This document shows positions 12,469 through 25,100 of a DNA stretch of 64,000 bases, piece by piece. The notes beneath the pieces are model-generated. The model was not told where the DNA came from. It did not search any database and saw only the letters and a list, made by a program, of their open reading frames with translations. Source of the stretch: Trichosphaerium sp. ATCC 40318 (lineage: Eukaryota > Protista > Tubulinea). Each line of letters starts with the position of its first letter. Positions within the stretch are counted from its first letter, which is position 1. A program made the position numbers and the translations under genes. The stretch covers positions 124,001 through 188,000 of the forward strand of contig JALMLS010000480.1 of NCBI GenBank assembly GCA_038496445.1, written 5' to 3'.

Positions 12469-15400
12469 ATGGAATACGGCAAAGATTACACTAGAAAGGG
12501 GGACACCCTTGAGCTTGATTTTAAAGAGAGTAAGTGGTGTACTAACATAAAAAACCTCAAGACATTCACGTGTTTACCCGATACGTTAAAAAAAGGACAT
12601 AACTTAGTTTTAGATCCTGACAATTATCCTGACATATTGTCTACGTGTTCCTTCAAAGACCAAGAGGGATGGCACGTGAAATTAAACGAACCTAGACAAA
12701 TAAAGTACTTTGAGGTAACAAATAAGACTCAAATGTACGCTGTCAGGCTTACTATGCGTAGGTAACGGTCTTGGGTCTTTCAGGCGGAGCATTGCGAATG
12801 GCAATGGGTTTAATAGATGGGAAAGGGTATTTCATGGAAGATGACGGTGTTGTAGGTTAGTTAGAATCACGTGCCTTTTACCTCAACTCCATTTTACACC
12901 AAAAAAACCCATTAAAGTGTTTTAGCTTGGTACAGCAAAGACGGACGCCTCTTTGAAGGCTATGAAAACCGTGTTATATCTAAGCCTTGGGGTTATCATG
13001 GAACAACAGTTGGTATGGGTATGGACAGTGTCACAGGAAAAGTGAGTAATGCTTCTCGTTAATATGATGTTTCTTGCGTTTCCATACTAATTCTGTGGTT
13101 TTGTAAATAGGTGTTCGTCACTATAGATGGCGCTTTTCTAGGATTTCAGAGCACGTTGGGAGCGAAGGTACCTAACTTCTATCCGGTCATTGGTATCGAA
13201 GCATCTACGGGTTCGTTTAAAGTCAGTTTCACGCCTCCTTTTGTTTATAGCTTGGAGAATGTTCCATCCTTGTTGGAAGTAGAGGTATAGTCTTTTTCGT
13301 ATAAGTGGCTGTTTCTAATTAAAACCTTAGAGTTCGAATATCAAGCATAGGTATGTTATAATATGGTGTTTTGTTTGACGAACGATAGAGTTGCTATGTC
13401 AGGATGCATGGCTAGAAGAAAGATGAGTGTTCCAACCTTAGTTTCTCAGCTAAACAATATTAAACTAAAAGCAATTGCTGCTGGCAGGTCATCTTGCTAC
13501 GTGTTAACAAGTAATACATACTATCCCATGTGCTTATTAACGTATTGATAGCAACTGGTCAAGTTTACTCATGGGGATCCAACTTCGACGGACAGTAAGT
13601 TTTGCAGACAATCGATCTTACAAACTGTTTTTGTTTAGACTTGGCATTGGTGTACAGGGCGATAAGTTCCCTGAGCCAAATAGAATAATGTTCCATGATC
13701 AAATTAAGCTAATAGGCGCAGGTGCAGTATGCGCTGCTGCAGTGACACATGACGATCAGCTATTTTGTTGGGGACAGGTAGACCAACTACAAAGTTTCAA
13801 TCTGCTAAACACGTGTTTGTAGTACAAGTCAAGCGAAAAACACTACTCCCCAGTAAAGCAAGAGATTGATAACATTGTGATATCTATGGTTGATTGTGGT
13901 AGAGAACAGACTATTGTACTGAGCAATAAAGGCGAGATATACGAACAAAGAAGCTCGTTTAAGAAGTACGTAAATAGAACAAAAAAATGCTGACTGCAAC
14001 TTTTTTTCAATTTAAGGATCAACCATGATTTTGGAAAGATAAAAAGTATAGCAGTAGGCGTACGTACACTTAACTTATTAAATGCCGAAACCTAAAGTAG
14101 TTTACTTTTAGGCAAAAGCTGTGTTCGCTCTTTCAGGTAAAAATCCGATTTCTGATTTTCTGATATTTTTCTTAAATCACTATTAACTTACTACAAGATG
14201 AGGGAGATATCCTTCGTGTGAATAATGATAACACCGTTGTTACCTTTTCAGAAGGAAATCATTTCATCCACATAAGATACCGTCTCATGTGTTGTACTGC
14301 AGTAACAGGTAAAGGACCTCGAAACTGATAAGCTTTTGTATTGATTACAGATTATTAGAAAGCGGTGATGTGTACCATTGGATAGGAGAAAAGAGTGATA
14401 TTAATGAGCCTTTAAAGATCATAAAGGAACCTATTATTAGCAAACAAAAGGAAGGAAAACCAAAAATTGTTAAAGCCACTCCATGTGGAAGAATATATCA
14501 CCATTTCGTAGCAGCAATTGATGGTACGTTGTTATCAAAGGGCACTGTTTTCTTACCTTTTTTTTAGAGTGTGGTGGCCTTTATATGAACGGCAAAGATC
14601 TGAACGGAATGCTTGGTCTAGGAGACAGTATTCATGATACTAAAGAGGAGTTCATACGACTACCACACTTTGATGACTTTGAGTATTCAGATGTTCAAAT
14701 AGGGTACGTTTGGAACAATTGGTGTTTTTCATCACGTGTGAAGAATTTTGACTCTTGGTTTCTTGCTTTAGGTATAGTTTTACGTTATTCCTGTCAAAGG
14801 AACCTGAACATAGACCTTGGGGGTTCTCACCTGAGTTTGTAAATGTTGGTCATGGATGGCAGCCTAGGGGATACGGGAGAAATCCGTATTCGATTTACTG
14901 TCTTGATGGTACAAAGATTGGTTACTGGTCTAACATGGAACATCGTGAGTTTATGAATTACTGGAAGTATGTAAAGTGGTTATATTCTTTCTTTATGTAG
15001 TGGTTAAGAGTCTCTTGACTTGAGTCACTTAACACTACAACTAATTCGTTTCCTAATTCTTTTAGTAATCATTTAAATGGTGCTTCTTTTGATATTGACA
15101 AAGTGTATGCCATACAAAGTAAGGATCTAGAAATGCAGTTTCAATCACAATACAATACACTCCAAAACAAATGGGTAAGAAAGAACCTACTCATGTAGAG
15201 TCACCACACCGCTCACACGTGTGTTTTCTTAGGACAAAGCTCCATGGCTTTTCAAAAGGTAACACAGCAACAAAACACAGCATTATAAAGAAATGTAATA
15301 ACTTGAACTAATAAGGGACCACTGGAAAAAATTAGAAAATGTGAAGAAACGCAACAATGTTTTGGACTCGTTCAAGGCATCAATGGCAAAATATCCATTC

Positions 15401-16265
15401 AACAAGAACAGAAAGGTAACACTCACTATTAACAAACAAAATAGGTACCTAACACAATATACTAGATGTCCCTGTACCTCGGTGTTCATGGTACATCAGC
15501 TGGAGCTGTTGACAGTATCTGTCAGTCTGGATTCGCTTCACTTGCTACAGTTGATGCTGGTTGGTATGGACGAGGTAAGGAGCCAGTGTAATAATGTTTG
15601 TTGACTTATGTTGTGCTTTTGTTTAAGGCATGTACTTTACTGATAATGCTGAATACGCTGCAAAGTACTCTACTGATAAAGTTAAGATTTTCGTTGTAAG
15701 TTATATTATACCTGGAAACATGTATCCTGTAATTGAAGAACCTCATGGATCAAGCTCATTAAAAGGGATGCCAGGTGAGCGTTTTGAACATTTAGTTAAA
15801 TCGCATTTTGTTGTATTAATTGTTTATTGATTTACTCATTGTTTTATTCAAGGAATCTCTGGTTATCAGTCCCATTGTGTCGAAGTAGGCCGCAAAGGAA
15901 CAATATATCAAGGTAGAGGACCAAAGTTCACAGAGTTAGTTGTATTTCAGGTATGAAACAAATAGCACGTGCTAAGCATTGCCTCCTCAAAAAGTTCAAT
16001 GATTTTTTGCTAGGAAGCTCAGATTGTACCGAAATACCTTGTGTATGCAAGAAAAGCGAAAAGAGGCAAAACCAAACCTACGGACGACAAATCGAAGAAA
16101 GCGACTAGAAAGAGCAAAACAGATGCCAAGAAAAAAATTGAAGAAAAAAGTTCTTCCCAAGAAAGTGATGATGATGAATTTAGTGACGATGACGATGATA
16201 TGCTTGCACAAAGACAAATGTGGGCAACACCTTCCGTACACTCAGTACACCCAAGAAGCGACTGA
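12469..16265 (+). CDS. Multi-exon SPRY - RCC1 repeats - PARP/ADP-ribosyltransferase catalytic domain protein
   Basis: SPRY: KYFEVTVL...WYSKDGRLF...GTTVGMGMD...VFVTIDG...FYPVIGI. RCC1: IAAGRSSCYVLT..GQVYSWGSNFDGQLGIG. PARP: GVHGT..AVDSICQSGF...GWYGRGMYFTDNAEYAAKYS...TELVVFQEAQIVPKYLV. Basic/acidic tail. Start is tentative. Confidence 0.85.
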
Positions 16266-16447
16266 GCTCATAGTATCAAAACGTTTCACAAGAATCCACC
16301 AAAAGGTTAATGAAGAAGAAAGAAATAATGTGTAATTTTGTATAGTCTCTTACAATAAACCACTTCTCATTAGCACTATACTTTCTTTTATGCATCTTTT
16401 TAGTTTTACAGAGGGGTTCTCCGTTGAAACTCACGATAATTCATATT

Positions 16448-16680
16448 GGGATCAAAGCTTTTTGGAAGGAACGAAAACATTGGTAATGAGACTTCTGTTG
16501 ATCTTGCACATGTTCACAAGGCAACTGGTTTTGGACCTAGTACTCGGAGAGGCTTGTATGATACTCGTTGTTTGGAAGGTTTATGATTACACAAATGACA
16601 GGTGGTTCTCGTGTTTTGTTTGCTAGAGAGGAACTTGCTGATGACAACAAGATTTTACATAATTATTTAACATAGGGTAC
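16448..16680 (+). pseudogene. Decayed copy of a Sec23/24-like exon segment (donor 39147-39389)
   Basis: gggatcaaagctttttggaaggaacgaaaacattg...ggaacttgctgatgacaacaagattt...acatagggtac aligns to 39147-39389 with indels. Confidence 0.9.
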
Positions 16681-16798
16681 ACTACCTTTCGTTTTAAGAG
16701 TGTTTTATCCATCTTGAACTAGTAGTGTTGTCATCAGTATTAACATTACATAACCGCCTTGATTGTTTATGCTGATTTTATTTGTCTATACAGTAATA

Positions 16799-17520
16799 CT
16801 ACCAACGTACACCATTACCCGAAAGAACCCGATCTAGCCAGGAGCCCCAGGCAGGAATAGAACCTGATTGATTGTATGAAGATAAAATTAGGATGGTAGT
16901 GAAGTGCAAGCACCCCATTCCGCTACTGCTCAAACACGTGGTGTACATTAGAAAAAATAGCAACCTACAATGTTAGCTACCAGAACACCAGTTACAATGC
17001 TTTCAATTGCTATAGTGGCTCCAGATTATAAAGAATCTTTTGGATGAGTAAGCCTTGTAGTGCTTTAGCTGATGTTGTATTTAAACTTTATAAAACCATA
17101 AAAACTTGCATTGTCATCCAAAATCTTATTTTTTTTTATTGTTACAGTATCCACGCCTATGCAAGCTCATTTGTAAATTCCATCCGACTATGCTTTTATC
17201 TAGAAGCATTTTCTTCTCTGTATAAGTCTATACCCAGGTCTTACTAGTCCTTCATCTTGTTTCTGAAAACGAAGCTTTCTTTCCTCAATTGAACAAAGTT
17301 TCTTGCGTAGTATTCTCTTGTAGTCGACTTTGTCTGAATCTTCGCTTACGCTGTACTTTCCGTACCTATTGCTGTATATTGTGCCCCAGAACCTGTTATC
17401 TTGTAGTTCGAAGGAGAATTGTTTGTTTGTACACAAAAGAGACCCTACGGAACTCCAACACCTCTCATTACAAAGAATAATCTTGTGTAGTATCTCCAAC
17501 GGAAGAGTGGCCAAGGACAT
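16799..17520 (-). CDS. F-box protein (3' exons uncertain, possibly decaying)
   Basis: MSLATLPLEILHKIILCNERCWSSVGSLLCTNKQF...NRFW is F-box-like. I could not splice the downstream exons into one stop-free frame; only ~17245-17520 is firm. Confidence 0.55.
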
Positions 17521-17849
17521 GATGAGCTTATGAATTTGTTGACTAAAAAAGAAGTTTCTGGATATTTCGTCAAAAAAAGCTAAAAATACCACGAACAGAA
17601 TTTGTGTTGCTGATAAGACTTCCCTTTTCTTACGTGAACCGAATATTAACTGAGCAACCCAATAGTGAACGCTAATTTATTGAGCAACCTTGTAGATCCT
17701 TAGTGTCACGTGCAATATATTGTTTGGTCAGTTGTGATTGCTCAAGTTTGAACTATCAAGGAGTCATGGTATTACAAAATTACGTAAACATTGGAAGCAA
17801 AGCCTTTATTAAGTGTGTTGTTTACACTATCAGAGATCTCACTTTTGTT

Positions 17850-18867
17850 CTAGCAGAACCTAACCCAAGATTTTAAGTCCAATCTCTTTTTAAGACCTCT
17901 AAATAGATAAAATGTTAGAATTGCAAAACAAAGTAACACGTGAAGTAAATGGAAGCTACGTACGAATGACCAAAAGAAGCAGCATGATTACAAATTGAGC
18001 TGACAGTCCCGCTGTATTCAATTTGAAATACAGCCTTGTTACGGTTAATAAAAGGAGCGTATGACCCGCATTCATTGTATTGTTTGCATTGTTCATTAAC
18101 AACAAAGTCGTAGTAGTTCACTAAGTTTGGAACTTGTTCAACACTGTTTTTGAGCCCAATAGCCAAGTCAAGCTTATGCGCTTCATTAGCCATCCATCTG
18201 TTGTAAGCTAGTTGGTGCGACTTTCTCAAAGGAAACCCTGTAATAGCTTAGACTGATATTAAAAACATGAGAGTGTACGCACCACTTGGGTTGGTGTAAG
18301 CGTCAACGTTATCTGGATCAACAGCGTCACAGCGTTTGTTCTTTGCAAGTCTAAGTCTAGCTCGCATTATAGGGGCAAGGGTAGAGATCTTAGGTGACGG
18401 TAAGACAAAAAAAAATGAAGTGTGTACCTTTCTAATGTCAAGCCATCTCTCACCAGGCCAACCACTTAACGGACTTCCCAAGACACTTGATGGAAACCTT
18501 CCAGCGTCGCTTCTCCAGTTTTCATAAGATCCAGCACTAAAGTAACATACTACTTTACGACCAGCGTTATGAAGGCTATCAATGACAGACTGAGGTGTAT
18601 CGAAGAGGTCAATGTCATACATATCAACTAGCGGAAAATTATTAGTCCGCTACTTACCAAAATCAAGGAAAGACAAGATACAAAAGTGTTCACTTACCGT
18701 TGTACGAAGTAACGATGTTACCTTGAAGCTGTATTTGCCATGTCATTCCAGCAGGGAATGATGTACGGCTAAGCGAAAAAAAATCGGTTTACATCACGTT
18801 GTTCTAAAGGATAACCGTACCATAAAGCAAAGGCAGTAAGACACGTGAGTAAGATAAAAAGCTTCAT
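17850..18867 (-). CDS. Secreted GH114 endo-alpha-1,4-polygalactosaminidase
   Basis: Signal MKLFILLTCLTAFAL; motifs WQIQLQG, YDIDLFD, VVCYFSAGSYENWRSD, GWPGERWLDIR, CDAVDPDNVD, IGLKN, VNEQC..YNEC, KAVFQIEY; ends LKKRLDLKSWVRFC*. Confidence 0.92.
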
Positions 18868-19755
18868 ACTCTATAAAATCATTTAGGTACTGTATGTGAC
18901 GTGGTATTGTATCATTATACATGACGTACTTTATAGAGAGATACAGGAGTGATGTCTTGTTTGTTGTGTAAAGCGATAAAATGGTTGCTTTTGGTAGACG
19001 AAAATTGGTCTACTTTTCATGCTAGCGCATGTGACGCTAGCGATGCAATGGTCTTGTGATACAGGTGAGAGGTTTCTACTTTCAGCAGTGTTCGAGATGT
19101 GTCGCTATAAACCCCAAAAGCGTATTAACACTCACTGTCGGAGCGCGGTGGAATCTTGTACGACAGATGTTCCTATTGCAAATATAAGCGTCTACTATTG
19201 ATATGGAAACATATACCGCACTGGTATAAAATGTTCATCGTACTCGGAGCTATTATTGTACCGCAGCAATACTCATTGATACAAGGCCGGTTTCCATATT
19301 CTGACGAAATACATCCACTTTCAAACCGATAAGCGAACTTGCAATAGATATTCTACAGTACATACTGTGTCGAATCGCAACACGTGATAGTGCTGATATC
19401 CAGTAGAGTTTTTAAGCAGAAAACAAGCTTAGTTATGTATACTGCAGGATTATAGTCAGTAACACGCAAACAACCCTTTACAGTAACCCTGTGAGAGTAT
19501 GCGCTTAACTGTAGTTGGAGTATAAGTTAGATAATCGCATCAAATAGTTTCTCTTGGAAAAAAACGAGGCACGTCTTCTAAACCTCGCGGTTTTAAAGTT
19601 CTACGCGTAATAATCATAATTAAGACTAAATATCAACCAGTTGAAATAATTCCCACGTGACCCCAAAAAGACAACGTGGCAAAACGAAACAAAACCCCAG
19701 AAAATATACAACATAACAACCTTGAAGCTTCCAACCCTATTTTTTGACATTTGAA

Positions 19756-21769
19756 ATGATTACATCACGTGCTTACGCTCGTTCTCTCAGTATACTTATC
19801 GTATTTGTTTGTATACTTACTGTTGTTCGAACACAAACTACACCAACAGCACCAACACCACCACCAACACCACCACCAACAACACCACCACCAACAACGC
19901 CACCAACACTACCACCGCCACAGCCAGATAACTTTTGTAAAAACCACCAAACAGCACCTGTACCCTGCAGTAGTTTGGGTTTACACGACACAAGTACGTG
20001 CTAACCCTCATTCTTCAAGAAATAATTTCCAGTTCAAATCGTTCAAATTCTCTACTTTTTTTTTTACCCCACGTGTTGAAACTGCTCATTTTGTAAGCGA
20101 AATGAACCTTCAGCTCATCCTGTGGAAAGAAAAAAAGTAGGATTTGTACGAAGTACTTCTTTTTTTCCCTCCACCCTACAGAAACCGCCTTGAATTTTAT
20201 ATAGCTTATAAAAGCAGTACTTGCAAGGGTAGATGGGGGAAAAACAAATTGAACGATTCGAACTGTAATGTTAACCATCTTCATCTTCTAACTTGTTTTG
20301 CTGTAGCTGATGATAATAGCGAAACCCCAGGGGTTTCATATTATTGGTATACGGATCCATTAAAAGATGAGACTGTGTACATTCCTTCTACACAGAAAGA
20401 TACTTTAACAGTCTCTGATGACTCAGTTACTTATTTCCACTTGGATTTTGGTACGAATATATTATGGTTTTAAGTGTACATACAACTAAAGGAACGTACA
20501 CCCAGACTATGGTGGGGATTTTCTTCTACTAGAAGCTCAAGTCGCAGGGCTTAATAAGGTGGATACAACGATTGTGTCAAACGGAGCTGCGTTAATCAAG
20601 TACGTTTGGGCTGCACTTTAGTTTACATATCATATTTTTTGTCTTTATCCTTTTGCGTCACGTGACGTGTTTGTTAAACATACCCTTTTGGTCAGATTGT
20701 TTTTGTATTAGTTTTGAGTGGTCAATTCTTAGTTACAAACTAGAAAAACAGATGATAAACACTTCGTATTTTTCATAGCTCAAAGAGAAACAGAAGTATC
20801 AGTAAAATGGACACATTGTTGTGTATACCCCAAGCCCACACATAAGAAAGTTATACCTTCTACACACTTGTTATGCTCTTTGGCAGGGAATGTACAAGAA
20901 GAAGTTAACATTACCACTGAGTTTTGCGATGAGGAGTAAGAAAAACAACTTGTTAAAACAACACTAATCAAACACAACTCATAGACACGACTGCGATGAA
21001 GATCAAGAAATTGTAAAAACCCTTGAAGCTATTTCGTATGCAGAGATATACGGCAAAAAAGAGTGCAGCGCAATGACTGCGTACTGCTCATATGAATGTG
21101 AAAGTGCGTTTTACTTTATATTTTACAACCTACTAAAGTTTGTAGATACACCAACTGCAGCCCCCACTGCCGCCATCACCTCCGCTCCCACCAACAGTAC
21201 TACCATAGCTCCCAGTACCCCTCCTCCCACAGACGCTGTTCCCACAGACGCTGTTCCCACAACCGCCGCACCATCAGAGGCAGTTGCAGTTCAACCATCA
21301 ACAACGGTACGTATCGAAGGCCAAAAAAGCGTAATCCAACACTCAAAATGTGTGTATCATTATTTGCCCTGAAATTCCGCGGAGGTGATGCCCTTAAACT
21401 AGTTAATTAACAAACATTTTTCCAATTTGAAACATATTTTTGGCATCAGGCATCTTTTGTTGTTTCACGTGGCCGCATCATGTTTTTCCTAGTTATAACT
21501 TTTTATCTTCTTTTGGATCTTTTTTTTTTTGGATTTTTTTTTTCTGTTGTTGTTGAAACTATTTTGTTTAGAATCCTGTTATAAGTACAACTGTTGGAGC
21601 AGTTTTAATGTTAATTATACTCGCTGTTGGACTACTTGTTTTGGCGTATATTAACCGACATACTTGGTTGAAGTGTATTTTTTCTGAAAACAAAAGACCT
21701 AATCAGGTTGACCGTATTTTTGATCCTAGCAGAGGAGAGCGTCATGAAATGGAATCTTTAAGAGATTGA
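19756..21769 (+). CDS. Type I membrane protein with Pro/Thr-rich segments and Cys-containing ectodomain
   Basis: Signal LSILIVFVCILTVVR; TPPPTPPP repeat (19838-19920); PTDAVPTDAVP stalk; TM VGAVLMLIILAVGLLVLAYI; stop TGA 21767-21769. Confidence 0.75.
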
Positions 21770-22127
21770 ACGGATAAAAGAAAGTATAAAAATAGAAAGA
21801 TATGACATATTCCGTCATCCCTACACGTTGGAGTGACATGTCGAATAAACAATTGTTTCAATATTTTTTGGAGTAAAAACCCCTTTGTGTACAGCACCTT
21901 TTGTGTTTGGAGACCTAGAACCAACGCTCACATCGAAATAACGACACCATCAAGCCCTATTAGTACTGTACGCTGTCTAACGACTCCGCAAAGACTGTGT
22001 TTGACAAAAAAAAATATTGTGAGACTTTTCGAAATATCAGATAGTTGTTACGGAACAAACCATACCGTCTTTATCCTGGTTTGGTTTTATTTCTCCATCA
22101 AGCGGTTACTAGTAAATAACAAGCGTT

Positions 22128-25100
22128 ATGATATACTATAATATAATAGCGCTAGCAACACTTTCTATCTTAATATTCTGTTCGCAAGGACAAACGATTG
22201 AAAGAGCCACTATTAAAATAGGTACGTTGGACTAGTATTATTTAGGGTCTGGTTATAGGACTGGACTTGTCTTTTTTAAAAGTTGTTAATTGCTAATCAC
22301 GTGATCAACCAAATCGGTTATTTTATTTACCATTATACTAGGATTAACACTGAGTGGTGTTTCAACAGAGTTAGATTCGGAATACAGGTAGGCTTAAAAA
22401 AAAAAAAGTTCAAAGTTCTTTTTTGTTCAATGTCGACCTTATTATCATATTAGGGATGGTCTTTCGTTTGCTGAGGAATGGATAAGAGAAAACCCTATTA
22501 AGGTGAGTTAATACAATCAATTAATTATCTATTTTGGCCGAAGATTAAAAAAAATACAACACCGGCTTTAAAAATTATCCGTCCACGTTTTTTTTCTTTT
22601 CGTCTATAAAAATTCACTGCGTTCACATTATTGCTTTGTGTGACTGCATCCACTATGGAAAGAAAACCGTCATAATTAAACTACCACGTGTATATATGCA
22701 CTACCATGTATCTAAGTCGGATAGTATGAAAATACCACGTGATTTTTTTTTTTTTTTTTTGGGTTTTTTTTCGTTGTACCTCCGAGCCAAGTATATTAAT
22801 GTCAGTAAAATTTAAAGTCGCAAAGTAATTTCCTATGACTAAGTGCTTCATAAATTGCAGTAATTTATTTTGAGGTTGACTTTAATTAACGTCCGCCGTT
22901 AACATAATTTTTCTCCCAAGTCTGTATTTTGTAAATACAACCCTTTACATCAAAGTCGCGTATCAGATATTTTTGCCGACATATTTATTATGGCCATGAG
23001 TATATCTCTTGTGACTTTATTTAACTGTTTAACTTATTAATAATGCGCTAGTTGAACTTCATCACGAATATTACAAAATGGCCTGACACCCCGTTGTATG
23101 ACTTAGATATTCGTTTTGAAATTAGAGAGGACATGGACAAAACTACTGAGGTAGAACAAATATACCAGTCCTTTATGGACGATGCGACTATATCATTCAT
23201 ATGGGCTCCTATTGGATTAGATACAGCGAGAAGAGCAGCAGAAGTAGCGCTAGAAAACCATTGGGCTTTGTGTACGCTATTATTAATCTTTCATTTTAAC
23301 AATCCATAAAATTTTCATTCGCTTGCCGTAAAAACCTTCTACACGCATGGTCGGGTATTTTGGTGGTCTCTAATTACAAAGTAGTATTATTTTTATAACA
23401 AATCCGACTTTCTGCCCATTTTCTATTCAATTAACGAACCTAGAAGGAAAGAAAATATTTTTTGTAGTTCTTCAATTACAAAAATACTTTTTCACTAACT
23501 TTTTGCCATTATCAGTTAGCTATGCCAATAAAGATCCTTATATAAACACTTTTAACCGCAGATTACTACCATTGTCAATATCTGAAGCCAACCTTTACAA
23601 GTAAGTAGAAAACCCTTTTTTTAATTTTTTTCTGAAAAAAAAATCACGTGACAAAACGACTACAGTTAAATATGCTTCATACCAGCCTAAAAAAATGATA
23701 CGCTATCCTTACGATAAAATTGGACGCTTTTAAATCGAATATGGATCTTTTTTTTTTTAGAACCTTTCTTTTATTTTTCTTGGTCTTGTTGTATTATCAC
23801 GTGATAAAAAACTTGATTGATTTTTAATATTATTTTTCTAGGAGAGTTTTGGCTCCATTAAGGGTTGCTGGCGCTCATAATGTGACTATTATATTAAGTT
23901 CTGAACAAATACATAGTAAAGACCCTGGACCTATGAAATGCGCTCATCCTTTATTTCTTGAAGCTATTGAGTTGAATTTTCTTAAGTTCAACAATTCTTT
24001 TCTAGAAAGTACACCAAGATCACCTGGTAGGCCCTTTTTTAAGCGATCTTATTATCTGTTATTCTAAATAATACTAGATGAGAGTATTTCTTCAGAATGG
24101 GAGGAAGAAATGTACCCTAAACTCCTTGATATGATGGAAAGAGATCCAGACATTTGGATTTTTTGCGATGGTGACCCTGCCGCTGAAAATTGGTATATAA
24201 GAAAAATGAGAGAAGCTGGGTATACTCCTAGAGCTTTTGTTGGATTGAAACAAAGTATGGATGACTATGATGAGGATACAATAGATTACAGAAGCGCCAT
24301 TGCTCTGGTAAGGGTTTTTTCAATTTTTTTTTTCTTTATTAATGTATCTTATTGATTTTGCTGTTAGTTCGCTTCTGATGTAGATTACCCACCTGACTCG
24401 TTTAACACTACAATGAAGGATTACAACAAAGACTTTTACGCGAGATTTGGAAGGAATATGTCTGAGCCAAGTATAGACGCTTTAATCGGAGCTCAATTCT
24501 TTAAATATGCACTTGAGCGAATAGACGCTGGTGAAGTCTACGCCCATGTACTTTCAAAATATTCTCTTAAAATACTCATTTAACTCAATAGATCAATAAT
24601 AATACTCGTATGGGCTTAATTAAGCAAGGGACCTTACCTAGTGACTCTATGAGCTGTTCAAAAGATGCGGTAATTTACTTTTTTTTTTTTGAAAGTTTTT
24701 TCATCTGTTCAAAGATTACTCTGGTGCTAACTATTTTTTGTGTTTAGGCAGTAAATGATGGAGGTTTTTTGAAGCTTCAAGATGAAATATTTATTTCAGG
24801 TCTTCAGCATCGGATTGAAACATTAATTGGTCGTATATCTTGGAACGCTCAAGGAGAACAACAAATAGAAACATTTATGAGCCAATACTTTCGTGGAAAA
24901 TTCCATGCTGTCGCTCCTGAGGAGTTACAAACAGGAAATATTTCATTGGTATATCCAATGCCTACGTGGGACGAAAGAATTTTCAATCCTACTTTTGGTA
25001 AGTGATAGAACTTGTAATTTTCTTTTTTTTTTTTGCCGTTTGAACACTGACAAGTTTTTTCCTCTTGTGTACAGGTCACTGGACAGAGATATTTATAACA

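Noticed and set aside
12873-12882. U5 loop-1-like GCCTTTTAC
   Set aside because: No flanking stem or Sm site; lies in an ordinary intron.
16960-17245. Stop-codon reassignment to rescue the F-box gene's 3' exons
   Set aside because: TAA, TAG and TGA each terminate well-supported genes here; mis-splicing on my part or decay is simpler.
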